Origin: a virus
Lineage: Duplodnaviria; Heunggongvirae; Uroviricota; Caudoviricetes
Direction: 5' to 3' (one strand)
IMG/VR virus record: IMGVR_UViG_2526164661_000007
DNA length: 24,976 bases
Shown here: in pieces, positions 1-8,177 of the stretch
Layout of the letters: every line of letters begins with the position of its first letter
Position numbering within the stretch: position 1 is the stretch's first letter
Translations under genes and position numbers: made by a program
The notes under the pieces: model-generated
Seen by the model: only the letters and a program-made list of their open reading frames with translations
What the model was told of the DNA's origin: nothing
Databases searched by the model: none

Positions 1-513
1 ATCAGCAGCAAAAGTGCGACGGCAGAAGAAGCCCTGAAGCGAATCAGTGAACTGTACGCCATCGAGAATGAAATACGGAGATTACCAGAGTCAGAGCGTC
101 TTGCAGCCAGGCAGCAGCGAAGCAAAGCGTTACTGACGTCGCTGCATGAATGGATGGTGGAGAAGAATGGCACGCTGTCGAAAAAATCCAGACTGGGCGA
201 AGCGTTCAGCTATGTACTGAATCAGTGGGACGCCCTCTGTTATTACAGTGATGACGGTCTGGCGGAGGTGGACAATAACACAGCGGAAAGAGCGCTTCGT
301 GCAGTCTGTCTCGGAAAGAAAAATTACGTGTTCTTCGGTAGCGATCACGGCGGCGAGCGTGGAGCACTGCTGTACGGGCTGATCGGCACCTGCCGACTGA
401 ACGGTATCGATCCGGAAGCGTATCTGCGCCATATTCTGAGCGTACTGCCGGAATGGCCCTCCAACCGTGTTGACGAACTCCTGCCATGGAACGTAGTACT
501 CACCAATAAATAA
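1..513 (+). CDS. IS66-family transposase, C-terminal part (5' end lies outside the window)
   Basis: Frame 1 is open from position 1 to TAA at 511-513. The translation (...[55 protein letters not shown]...DELLPWNV) matches the conserved C-terminus of IS66-family transposases as I recall it. Confidence 0.75.
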   Translation: MSSKSATAEEALKRISELYAIENEIRRLPESERLAARQQRSKALLTSLHEWMVEKNGTLSKKSRLGEAFSYVLNQWDALCYYSDDGLAEVDNNTAERALRAVCLGKKNYVFFGSDHGGERGALLYGLIGTCRLNGIDPEAYLRHILSVLPEWPSNRVDELLPWNVVLTNK

Positions 514-541
514 GCGTCAATACGGTGCTCCGTTGACGCTT
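1..541 (+). mobile_element. IS66-family insertion sequence, right-hand portion with putative terminus
   Basis: Transposase 3' end is followed by a perfect 9-bp palindrome AAGCGTCAA...TTGACGCTT (512-540) ending in CTTAC, whose reverse complement GTAAG is the usual IS66-family terminal motif (recalled). Exact end not verifiable without the left end. Confidence 0.45.
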
Positions 542-553
542 ACGAATAATCTG

Positions 554-1339
554 ATGGTCATTGATGGTATTGAAGTTCGTCGTGATGCTTATGGGCGTTA
601 CAGCCTGAACGATCTGCACAGGGCTGCTGGTTCTCTGGATAAGCATAAGCCTGCATTCTGGCTCCGCAATGAGCAAACTGAGCGTTTAATAAGCGAGTTG
701 CAGATTTGCAACTCGGTCAATATAGAGTCAGTTAACGTTATTCGTGGCGGAAATAACCAGGGGACGTATGTCTGCAAAGAACTGGTGTATGCCTATGCAA
801 TGTGGATCAGCCCGTCATTCCATCTGAAGGTGATCCGTACTTTCGACATGGTAACCAGCGCACCGGAAAAATTATCCGGACAGGCTGCTGACAAGATGCA
901 GGCTGGTGTGATTCTGCTGGACTTTATGCGCCGGGAATTAAACCTGTCTAACTCTTCAGTGCTTGGTGCCTGTCAGAAACTCCAGGAGGCTGTTGGCTTA
1001 CCGAATCTGGCACCGCGCTATGCCATTGATGCTCCTGCTGACGCGCCTGATGGCTCAAGCCGCCCCACGCTGTCACTGAGTGCACTGCTGAAGCAGTATG
1101 GTATCCGCCTGACAGCTAATCAGGCATATCACCAGATGGTGAAGCTGGGGATCGTCGAGCAGCGCGAACGATACAGCCGTACCGCGATTAACAACATCAA
1201 AAAATTCTGGTCGCTGACGGCGAAAGGCTGCATGTTCGGCAAGAACATCACCAGTCCTGCAAATCCGCGCGAGACGCAGCCGCATTTCTTCGAATCCCGA
1301 TTCCCTGAGCTGTTAAAGCTGCTCGATACCGTTCATTGA
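554..1339 (+). CDS. KilA-N domain protein (antirepressor-like), C-terminal domain of unknown function
   Basis: ORF 533-1339; first ATG at 554 gives [26 protein letters not shown]...[18 protein letters not shown], a typical KilA-N N-terminus. The TTG at 533 lies inside the IS terminus. Confidence 0.7.
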   Translation: MVIDGIEVRRDAYGRYSLNDLHRAAGSLDKHKPAFWLRNEQTERLISELQICNSVNIESVNVIRGGNNQGTYVCKELVYAYAMWISPSFHLKVIRTFDMVTSAPEKLSGQAADKMQAGVILLDFMRRELNLSNSSVLGACQKLQEAVGLPNLAPRYAIDAPADAPDGSSRPTLSLSALLKQYGIRLTANQAYHQMVKLGIVEQRERYSRTAINNIKKFWSLTAKGCMFGKNITSPANPRETQPHFFESRFPELLKLLDTVH

Positions 1340-1346
1340 GGTGACC

Positions 1347-2336
1347 GTGAGAGCACTACTGACCCCTGAAATTGCCCCGCGTATGGGGATCGTATTGTTC
1401 AGGCCAGGTTCAGAGCTGATGCCCCTGTTTATGCAGGGGCGTGTCCTGCTGGAGCCTGAGCCGGAACGTTATTCATCTTTTGCCAGTGGTGCCGTTCCGG
1501 CGGCATCACAACCGCTGGCGGATGATCCTGCCATTCGGGCCGTGTTCCGCAATGAGGCTGTGATCCGTCGGGCGGGGGGCGTGGAATGCCTTGAGAGCTG
1601 GTTACTTCGTGAAACAGGCTGCCAGTGGCCTCATTCCGGCTGGCACAGCGAGAATATGACCACAATGCGACACGCGCCGGGCGCAATCCGTCTGTGCTGG
1701 CACTGTGATAACCAGTTGCGCGATCAGTTCACGGAACGGCTGGAATCAATGGCAACGGATAACTGTGCCCGGTGGGTGTTATCTGTCGTGCGTCGGGATC
1801 TCGGTTTTGATGACAGTCACGTTGTGACAATGCCGGAACTGTGCTGGTGGCTGATTCGTAATGACCTGGCGGATGCCTTACCGGAAAGTGCAGCCCGTAA
1901 GGCACTGAGATTACCGAAGCCTGTTGTGCCGTCTGTTACCCGGGAAAGTGACCTTGTGCCTTCGGTTCCTGCCACCAGCATCATCCAGGATAAAGCGAAA
2001 AAGGTGCTGGCGCTGAAAGTGGATCCGGAGTCGCCGGAGTCTTTTATGTTACGCCCCAAACGTCGCCGCTGGGTTAATGAAAAGTACACGCGATGGGTTA
2101 AGACGCAGCCGTGCGCATGTTGTGGAAAACCTGCTGATGATCCCCACCACCTGACAGGTCACGGTCAGGGCGGAATGGGTACAAAAGCGCATGACCTCTT
2201 TGTGTTGCCTTTGTGCAGAAAGCATCACGACGAGCTGCATGCGGATACCGTGGCATTTGAAGAGAAGTATGGCTCCCAGCTTGAGCTGATATTTCGTTTT
2301 ATCGATCGCGCACTGGCGATTGGTGTGCTGGCCTGA
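1347..2336 (+). CDS. DUF968-family protein with C-terminal Cys/His (HNH-like zinc finger) motif
   Basis: ORF 1341-2336. C-terminus is [46 protein letters not shown] at 1347 is preceded by GAGGTGA; GTG 1341 and ATG 1381 are alternative starts. Sits before Q as in many lambdoid nin/late regions. Confidence 0.65.
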   Translation: MRALLTPEIAPRMGIVLFRPGSELMPLFMQGRVLLEPEPERYSSFASGAVPAASQPLADDPAIRAVFRNEAVIRRAGGVECLESWLLRETGCQWPHSGWHSENMTTMRHAPGAIRLCWHCDNQLRDQFTERLESMATDNCARWVLSVVRRDLGFDDSHVVTMPELCWWLIRNDLADALPESAARKALRLPKPVVPSVTRESDLVPSVPATSIIQDKAKKVLALKVDPESPESFMLRPKRRRWVNEKYTRWVKTQPCACCGKPADDPHHLTGHGQGGMGTKAHDLFVLPLCRKHHDELHADTVAFEEKYGSQLELIFRFIDRALAIGVLA

Positions 2337-2353
2337 TTTTGTGGAGAAAGTTA

Positions 2354-2737
2354 ATGCGTGATATTCAGATGGTTCTTGAACGTTGGGGAGCGTGGGCGGC
2401 TAATAATCATGAAGATGTGACCTGGTCGTCCATTGCCGCCGGTTTTAAGGGATTAATTCCTTCAAAAGTAAAATCTCGCCCGCAATGTTGTGACGATGAC
2501 GCGATGATCATTTGCGGGTGCATGGCCCGTCTGAAAAAGAACAACAGCGATTTGCACGATTTATTAGTAGATTATTATGTAGTCGGTATGACATTCATGT
2601 CACTGGCAGGTAAGCATTGCTGCTCTGATGGTTATATCGGGAAAAGGTTACAGAAGGCTGAGGGCATAATTGAAGGGATGTTAATGGCATTAGATATCCG
2701 GTTAGAGATGGATATCGTTGTTAATAACTCTAATTAA
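2354..2737 (+). CDS. quuD: Late-gene antitermination protein Q, small QuuD-like family
   Basis: ATG at 2354 preceded by GGAG; 127 aa beginning [24 protein letters not shown], recognised from memory as the DLP12-type Q homologue. Cys-rich segment [12 protein letters not shown]. Confidence 0.8.
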   Translation: MRDIQMVLERWGAWAANNHEDVTWSSIAAGFKGLIPSKVKSRPQCCDDDAMIICGCMARLKKNNSDLHDLLVDYYVVGMTFMSLAGKHCCSDGYIGKRLQKAEGIIEGMLMALDIRLEMDIVVNNSN

Positions 2738-2754
2738 TATGCCAATTGTTTACT

Positions 2755-2789
2755 AAAAATTATTAAAAATGGGGCGTTGAGACGCCCCC
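2755..2789 (-). terminator. Intrinsic terminator (GC stem plus T-tract on the - strand), distal end of the porin 3' hairpin cluster
   Basis: Stem GGGGCGT/ACGCCCC (2771-2788) with loop TGAG. On the - strand it is followed by ATTTTTAATAATTTTT (complement of 2751-2770). Confidence 0.5.
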
Positions 2790-2926
2790 AAAAATAAAGG
2801 GTAATATATAACAGAAGGTTTATATAGTTAGAAGCAAAGTTGTGCTTCTAAAGGAAGTGGCTTGAGGGAGCCACTTATATGTTGGGGAGGCAACGCCTCC
2901 CGCAACATATCTTTTTCGTAATCAGA

Positions 2927-4024
2927 TTAGAACTGGTAAACCAGACCTACAGCAACGATGTCATCAGTGCTTACACCGAGTGCTTTAGTGAAGTCATTTT
3001 TGTCAAGCAGGTTGATTTTGTAATCAACGAAAGTAGACATATTTTTGTTGAAGTAATAGGTTGCACCTACATCAACATATTTGACTAAGTCCTGATCGCC
3101 CCATACTCCAAGATCCTTACCTTTAGATTGCAGGTAAGCAACGGACGGACGCAGACCGAAATCGAACTGATATTGTGCAACAGCTTCGAAGTTTTGGGCT
3201 TTATTAGCAACGAAGTGATCAGCAAATACAGTCATATTCTGGGTTTCAGAATAGGTAGTGGCCAGGTAAATGTTGTTAGCGTCATATTTCAGACCTGCGG
3301 CCCAAACTTCTGCATTTTTACCGGAAGCAAATACTTCAGGAAGAACTTTCCCTGCATTAACTTGAGTGTCGGTACGATCAGATTTCGCATAAGTTGCACC
3401 GATACCGAATCCTTCGTATTCATAGGTAGCAGAGAAACCGAAGCCATCACCGTTACCTTCAGTGTAGTTATCGAAATCGCTACGATCGTTTTTGCCTTGG
3501 TACTGAGCAGCAAAGTTTAGACCATCAACCAGACCAAAGAAGTCGTTGTTACGATAGGTTGCAACACCAGTGGTGCGACCAGTCATGAACACATCTGTTT
3601 GGGTCCAGGTATCGCCACCGAATTCTGGCAGAACGTCAGTCCACGCACCGATGTCGTATGCTACACCGTAGTTACGGCCGTAATCGATTGAGCCGTAGTC
3701 ACCGAATTTCAGGCCTGCAAATGCAAGACGGGTTTTGTCTTTGGAGGAACCTTGAGATTCAGCGCGGTTGCCTTTGAATTCATATTCCCACTGACCGAAA
3801 CCAGTCAGTTGATCGTTGATTTGGGTTTCACCTTTGAAGCCAAGACGGGCATAAGTAGTATCACCATCATCTGCATCATTAGAGGAGAAGTAGTGCTTAG
3901 CATTAACTTTCCCGTACAGATCCAGCTTGTTACTGTCTTTATTATAAATTTCAGCTGCCTGAGCAGACATCGCCATCAGTACTGATGCAGCTACAGCAGA
4001 AATTGCCACTGTTAATTTTTTCAT
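2927..4024 (-). CDS. nmpC: Outer-membrane general porin, NmpC/Lc/OmpD family (prophage moron), apparently intact
   Basis: ORF 2927-4084 on the - strand; internal ATG at 4024 gives [23 protein letters not shown] signal peptide followed by [16 protein letters not shown]..., ending ...VGLVYQF (C-terminal Phe typical of beta-barrel porins). 365 aa. Confidence 0.9.
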   Translation of the reverse strand: MKKLTVAISAVAASVLMAMSAQAAEIYNKDSNKLDLYGKVNAKHYFSSNDADDGDTTYARLGFKGETQINDQLTGFGQWEYEFKGNRAESQGSSKDKTRLAFAGLKFGDYGSIDYGRNYGVAYDIGAWTDVLPEFGGDTWTQTDVFMTGRTTGVATYRNNDFFGLVDGLNFAAQYQGKNDRSDFDNYTEGNGDGFGFSATYEYEGFGIGATYAKSDRTDTQVNAGKVLPEVFASGKNAEVWAAGLKYDANNIYLATTYSETQNMTVFADHFVANKAQNFEAVAQYQFDFGLRPSVAYLQSKGKDLGVWGDQDLVKYVDVGATYYFNKNMSTFVDYKINLLDKNDFTKALGVSTDDIVAVGLVYQF

Positions 4025-4233
4025 CGTGAGCCCTTTTTTTGAACTATTATTAAAAAATGATGTCACTGCGCGATAAATATTCATCTAATCAATGTGATTA
4101 TTTCAAGATGTAAGTTTTGGTTTCTCGTTTGATTTGTGAAGTAGATCTCTATTTTTATCTGAACTTTTTTCTATCGAATCCTATTCATAGCTCTTTGCTG
4201 AATAAAAATAAATCTATTAGCCAATTTATATTA

Positions 4234-4262
4234 ACGACTGTTATTTATAAGCGCTCTATAAT
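4234..4262 (+). promoter_or_regulatory. Candidate sigma70 promoter (possible late promoter pR'): -35 ACGACT, 17-bp spacer, -10 TATAAT
   Basis: Perfect TATAAT at 4257-4262; weak -35 at 4234-4239; AT-rich upstream. About 190 nt upstream of the + strand terminator at 4452-4484. Confidence 0.3.
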
Positions 4263-4451
4263 TTGAAGGTTCAATTTAAATAAGCTAAAAATAACACTGG
4301 AAATAATTTGTTGGTTATTTGTTGAGATTTGCTTATGTATTTGTAGTGGTGTTTTCAATACTCGGTAGCATTCTCGCAAATATCATTTAGTGGTTTACGT
4401 ACGTAAAAAATTGGTTATGCTGTTAAGAGTGGTTACTTCGTCACACAGCTT

Positions 4452-4484
4452 AAACCCGCCGTCGAGCGGGTTTTTCCATTTTTT
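4452..4484 (+). terminator. Rho-independent terminator on the + strand (candidate tR')
   Basis: AAACCCGC-CGTCGA-GCGGGTTTTTCCATTTTTT: GC stem followed by two T-runs, about 115 nt upstream of the holin start. Confidence 0.6.
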
Positions 4485-4596
4485 GAGTCTCGATATTAGC
4501 TGATAACCCAATACCTGAGTTATTCACTGACTCCGAGTCTGTTACGTTTCGTAGTATTCCCTCAATTTACACCCGCTTTGTCTGCGAGGTGGGGTT

Positions 4597-4812
4597 ATGA
4601 AATCCATGGATAAGTTAACAACGGGTGTCGCCTATGGCACCTCAGCAGGTAGTGCCGGGTACTGGTTTTTACAGCTGCTAGATAAAGTCACGCCCTCACA
4701 GTGGGCGGCAATTGGAGTGCTGGGTAGCCTGGTATTTGGCCTGCTGACGTACCTGACAAACCTTTATTTCAAGATTAAAGAAGATAAGCGCAAGGCTGCG
4801 AGAGGTGAATAA
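4597..4812 (+). CDS. essD: Class II holin (pinholin, phage-21 S type) with dual-start motif
   Basis: 71 aa, [26 protein letters not shown]..., two TMDs. Met1-Lys-Ser-Met4 dual start. RBS GAGGTGGGG upstream. Confidence 0.9.
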
Positions 4813-5309
4813 TGTCGCCATCATTACGCAAGGCTGTAGCAGCTGCTATTGGTGGTGGGGCTGTTGCCATAGCGTCTGTGCTCATCACTGGTCCGAGTGG
4901 TGACGATGGTCTGGAAGGTGTCAGCTACATACCATATAAAGATATTGTTGGTGTATGGACTGTATGTCACGGGCATACAGGAAAAGACATCATGCTCGGT
5001 AAAACGTATACCAAAGCAGAATGCAAAGCACTCTTGAATAAAGACCTTGCCACTGTCGCCAGACAAATTAACCCGTACATCAAAGTCGATATACCGGAAA
5101 CAACGCGCGGCGCTTTTTACTCATTCGTTTACAACGTGGGTGCTGGCAATTTCAGAACATCGACGCTTCTTCGCAAAATAAACCAGGGCGATATCAAAGG
5201 CGCATGTGATCAGCTACGTCGCTGGACATATGCTGGCGGTAAGCAATGGAAAGGTCTCATGACTCGTCGTGAGATTGAGCGTGAAATCTGTTTGTGGGGT
5301 CAGCAATGA
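4812..5309 (+). CDS. rrrD: SAR (signal-anchor-release) endolysin, lysozyme, phage-21 R type
   Basis: 165 aa. N-terminal Gly/Ala-rich weakly hydrophobic SAR segment [20 protein letters not shown] followed by a lysozyme domain. Start overlaps the holin stop (TAATG). Confidence 0.9.
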   Translation: MSPSLRKAVAAAIGGGAVAIASVLITGPSGDDGLEGVSYIPYKDIVGVWTVCHGHTGKDIMLGKTYTKAECKALLNKDLATVARQINPYIKVDIPETTRGAFYSFVYNVGAGNFRTSTLLRKINQGDIKGACDQLRRWTYAGGKQWKGLMTRREIEREICLWGQQ

Positions 5310-5767
5310 ACAGAGTAACCGCGATTATCTCCGCTCTGGTTATCTGCATCATCGTCGGCCTGTCATGGGCTGTTAATCATTACCGTGATAACGCCATTAC
5401 CTACAAAGCCCAGCGCGACAAAAATGCCAGAGAACTGAAGCTGGCGAACGCGGCAATTACTGACATGCAGATGCGTCAGCGTGATGTTGCTGCGCTCGAT
5501 GCAAAATACACGAAGGAGTTAGCTGATGCGAAAGCTGAAAATGATGCTCTGCGTGATGATGTTGCCGCTGGTCGTCGTCGGTTGCACATCAAAGCAGTCT
5601 GTCAGTCAGTGCGTGAAGCCACCACCGCCTCCGGCGTGGATAATGCAGCCTCCCCCCGACTGGCAGACACCGCTGAACGGGATTATTTCACCCTCAGAGA
5701 GAGGCTGATCACTATGCAAAAACAACTGGAAGGAACCCAGAAGTATATTAATGAGCAGTGCAGATAG
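5306..5767 (+). CDS. rzpD: Spanin inner-membrane subunit Rz (i-spanin)
   Basis: ATG at 5306 overlaps the endolysin stop (ATGA). N-terminal TMD, coiled-coil periplasmic domain; close to lambda Rz from memory. Confidence 0.9.
   Translation: MNRVTAIISALVICIIVGLSWAVNHYRDNAITYKAQRDKNARELKLANAAITDMQMRQRDVAALDAKYTKELADAKAENDALRDDVAAGRRRLHIKAVCQSVREATTASGVDNAASPRLADTAERDYFTLRERLITMQKQLEGTQKYINEQCR
5526..5708 (+). CDS. rzoD: Spanin outer-membrane lipoprotein Rz1 (o-spanin), embedded in the +1 frame of Rz
   Basis: 60 aa, lipobox LVVVGC, proline-rich (PPPPP, PPP). AAGGAG RBS 7 nt upstream. Confidence 0.9.
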   Translation: MRKLKMMLCVMMLPLVVVGCTSKQSVSQCVKPPPPPAWIMQPPPDWQTPLNGIISPSERG

Positions 5768-5798
5768 AGCTGCCCATATCGATGGGTAACTCATGCAA

Positions 5799-6092
5799 TT
5801 ATTGTGAGCAATACACACGCGCTTCCAGCGGAGTATAAATGCCTAAAGTAATAAAACCGAGCAATCCATTTACGAATGTTTGCTGGGTTTCTGTTTTAAC
5901 AACATTTTCTGCGCCGCCACAAATTTTGGCTGCATCAACAGTTTTCTCCTGTCCAATTCCCGAAACGAAGAAGTGATGGGTGATGGTTTCCTTTGGTGTT
6001 ACTGCTGTCGGTTTGTTTCCAACAGTAAACGTCTGTTGAGCACATCCTGTAATAAGCATTGCCAGAGCGGCAGAAAACAACATTTTTTTCAT
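5799..6092 (-). CDS. bor: Bor lipoprotein (serum-resistance moron)
   Basis: Internal ATG at 6092 (AGGA RBS) gives MKKMLFSAALAMLITGCAQQ... (lipobox), 97 aa; matches lambda Bor from memory. Convergent with Rz. Confidence 0.9.
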   Translation of the reverse strand: MKKMLFSAALAMLITGCAQQTFTVGNKPTAVTPKETITHHFFVSGIGQEKTVDAAKICGGAENVVKTETQQTFVNGLLGFITLGIYTPLEARVYCSQ

Positions 6093-6225
6093 CTTATTAT
6101 CCTGCATTGTTAAAAACGGCAGAATCCTATGTGACAACAATTAAACGATAGTTAAATGGATTGATGAAAATTAAAACTATATAGGTGGATGCTCAGCCTA
6201 TTGGAGGAGGGGGGCACTCAGAATC

Positions 6226-6230
6226 CTGTG
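6226..6230. repeat. IS2 target-site duplication, left copy (CTGTG)
   Basis: CTGTG immediately left of the IS2 terminus; identical pentamer at 7561-7565. Confidence 0.8.
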
Positions 6231-6321
6231 TAGACTGGCCCCCTGAATCTCCAGACAACCAATATCACTTAAATAAGTGATAGTCTTAATACTAGTTTTT
6301 AGACTAGTCATTGGAGAGCAG

Positions 6322-6686
6322 ATGATTGATGTCTTAGGACCGGAGAAACGCAGACGGCGTACTACACAGGAAAAGATCGCTATTGTTCAGCAGAGTTTTG
6401 AACCGGGAATGACGGTCTCCCTTGTTGCCCGGCAACACGGTGTGGCAGCCAGCCAGTTATTTCTCTGGCGCAAGCAATACCAGGAGGGAAGTCTTACTGC
6501 TGTGGCCGCAGGAGAGCAGGTCGTTCCTGCCTCTGAACTTGCTGCTGCCATGAAGCAGATTAAAGAACTCCAGCGCCTGCTCGGCAAAAAACGATGGAAA
6601 ATGAACTCCTTAAAGAAGCCGTTGAATACGGGCGTGCAAAAAAGTGGATAGCGCACGCGCCCTTATTGCCCGGGGATGGGGAGTAA
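6322..6686 (+). pseudogene. insC: IS2 insC (OrfA), apparently frameshifted in an A-run (A6 at 6586-6591)
   Basis: ATG 6322 (frame 1) encodes [25 protein letters not shown]...LLGKK; the conserved InsC C-terminal part [31 protein letters not shown] (to TAA 6684-6686) is in frame 3. As sequenced, frame 1 stops at 6649-6651. Confidence 0.6.
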
Positions 6687-7549
6687 GCTTAGTCAGCCGT
6701 TGTCTCCGGGTGTCGCGTGCGCAGTTGCACGTAATTCTCAGACGAACCGATGACTGGAAAGATGGTCGCCGCAGCCGTCACTCAGATGATACGGATGTGC
6801 TTCTCCGTATACACCATGTTATCGGAGAGCTGCCCACGTATGGTTATCGTCGGGTATGGGCGCTGCTTCGCAGACAGGCCGAACTTGATGGTATGCCTGC
6901 GATCAATGCCAAACGTGTTTACCGGATCATGCGCCAGAATGCGCTGTTGCTTGAGCGAAAAACCGCTGTACCGCCATCGAAACGGGCACATACTGGCAAA
7001 GTGGCCGTGAAAGAAAGCAATCAACGATGGTGCTCTGACGGGTTCGAGTTCCGCTGTGATAACGGAGAAAAACTGCGAGTCACGTTCGCGCTGGACTGCT
7101 GTGACCGTGAGGCACTGCACTGGGCAGTCACTACGGGCGGCTTCGACAGTGAAACAGTACAGGACGTAATGCTGGGAGCGGTGGAACGCCGCTTCGGCAA
7201 CGAGCTTCCGGCGTCTCCAGTAGAGTGGCTGACGGATAATGGTTCATGCTACCGGGCTAATGAAACACGGCAGTTTGCCCGGATGTTGGGGCTTGAACCG
7301 AAGAACACGGCGGTGCGGAGTCCGGAGAGTAACGGCATAGCAGAGAGCTTCGTGAAAACGATAAAGCGTGACTACATCAGTATCATGCCTAAACCAGACG
7401 GGTTAACGGCAGCAAAGAACCTTGCAGAGGCGTTCGAGCATTATAACGAATGGCATCCGCATAGTGCACTGGGTTATCGCTCGCCACGGGAATATCTGCG
7501 GCAGCAGGCCAGTAATGGGTTAAGTGATAACAGGTATCTGGAAATATAG
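6644..7549 (+). CDS. insD: IS2 insD (OrfB, DDE transposase catalytic domain)
   Basis: 301 aa from GTG 6644, with DDE/integrase core. Normally made as InsCD fusion by -1 slippage at A6G (6638-6644). Confidence 0.85.
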
Positions 7550-7560
7550 GGGCAAATCCA

Positions 7561-7565
7561 CTGTG
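7561..7565. repeat. IS2 target-site duplication, right copy (CTGTG)
   Basis: Direct repeat of 6226-6230. Confidence 0.8.
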
Positions 7566-7786
7566 GAATGAAATAAACCGCTCTTTCTGTCCATTACCCT
7601 TTTAGCTGCGCTGTATCGTCGCCGTATTCCCGCATTAACCATGACCGTAGCCCGACGGGGAATTCCTTCTGCGTGAGTGTGCGGGAATAATCAAAAACGA
7701 TGCACACCGGGTTTTACTGTGCTGACAGACGCAGGGTTACCCTCATAGTCGCTTTTCCGGTGCGATGGTGGAAGAAACCGGGATGT

Positions 7787-7981
7787 TTATTCATCATCAC
7801 TTTGGATTGATGTATATGCTCTCTTTTCTGACGTTAGTCTCCGGCGGCAGGCTTCAATGACCCAGGCTGAGAAATTCCCGGACCCTTTTTGCTCAAGAGC
7901 GATGTTAATTTGTTCAATCATTTGGTTAGGAAAGCGGATGTTGCGGGTTGTTGTTCTGCGGGTTCTGTTCTTCGTTGACAT
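7787..7981 (-). CDS. ylcI: Small ribbon-helix-helix-like protein (YlcI/DUF3950-like), 64 aa
   Basis: MSTKNRTRRTTTRNIRFPNQMIEQINIALEQKGSGNFSAWVIEACRRRL...: basic N-terminus, IRFP beta-strand, helix, KGSG turn, second helix, resembling Arc/MetJ/CopG architecture. Family name from memory. Confidence 0.6.
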   Translation of the reverse strand: MSTKNRTRRTTTRNIRFPNQMIEQINIALEQKGSGNFSAWVIEACRRRLTSEKRAYTSIQSDDE

Positions 7982-8177
7982 GAGGTTGCCCCGTATTCAG
8001 TGTCGCTGATTTGTATTGTCTGAAGTTTTTTTACGTTAAGTTGATGCAGATCAATTAATACGATACCTGCGTCATAATTGATTATTTGACGTGGTTTGAT
8101 GGCGTAGATGCACGTTGTGACATGTAGATGATAATTATTATCATTTTGCGGGTCCTTTCCGGCGATCCGACAGGTTA

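Larger units (their letters stand above)
6231..7560 (+). mobile_element. Insertion sequence IS2 (IS3 family), 1330 bp, complete ends
   Basis: Starts TAGACTGGCCCCCTGAATCTCCAGACAACC..., ends ...GTGATAACAGGTATCTGGAAATATAGGGGCAAATCCA; imperfect terminal inverted repeats of about 41 bp; flanked by 5-bp direct repeats. Confidence 0.9.

Noticed and set aside
533-553. TTG start at 533 for the KilA-N ORF
   Set aside because: It lies inside the putative IS66 terminal palindrome; the ATG at 554 begins the conserved KilA-N domain.
2879-3520. + strand ORFs (69 aa and 130 aa) antisense to the porin gene
   Set aside because: Inside the well-supported porin coding region on the opposite strand; no start signals.
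4040-4596. Possible tRNA genes or toxin cargo between the porin gene and the holin, as found at this position in some lambdoid phages
   Set aside because: No T-arm-like GTTCGAATC motifs or cloverleaf-compatible segments seen by eye; no ORF longer than about 30 codons; the region is AT-rich regulatory DNA.
5880-6113. 77-aa + strand ORF antisense to bor
   Set aside because: Antisense to the conserved bor lipoprotein gene; Cys/Phe-rich low-complexity translation.
6277-6321. Upstream extension of the insC ORF ([15 protein letters not shown]...)
   Set aside because: Falls within the IS2 left terminal region; the conserved InsC starts at ATG 6322 (MIDVLGPEK...).
7561-7786. Possible toxin partner downstream of the ribbon-helix-helix-like gene, disrupted by IS2
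   Set aside because: Translating the - strand across the reconstructed pre-insertion junction gives only short ORFs (about 30 codons or fewer) with no motif, so there is no sign of an interrupted gene.
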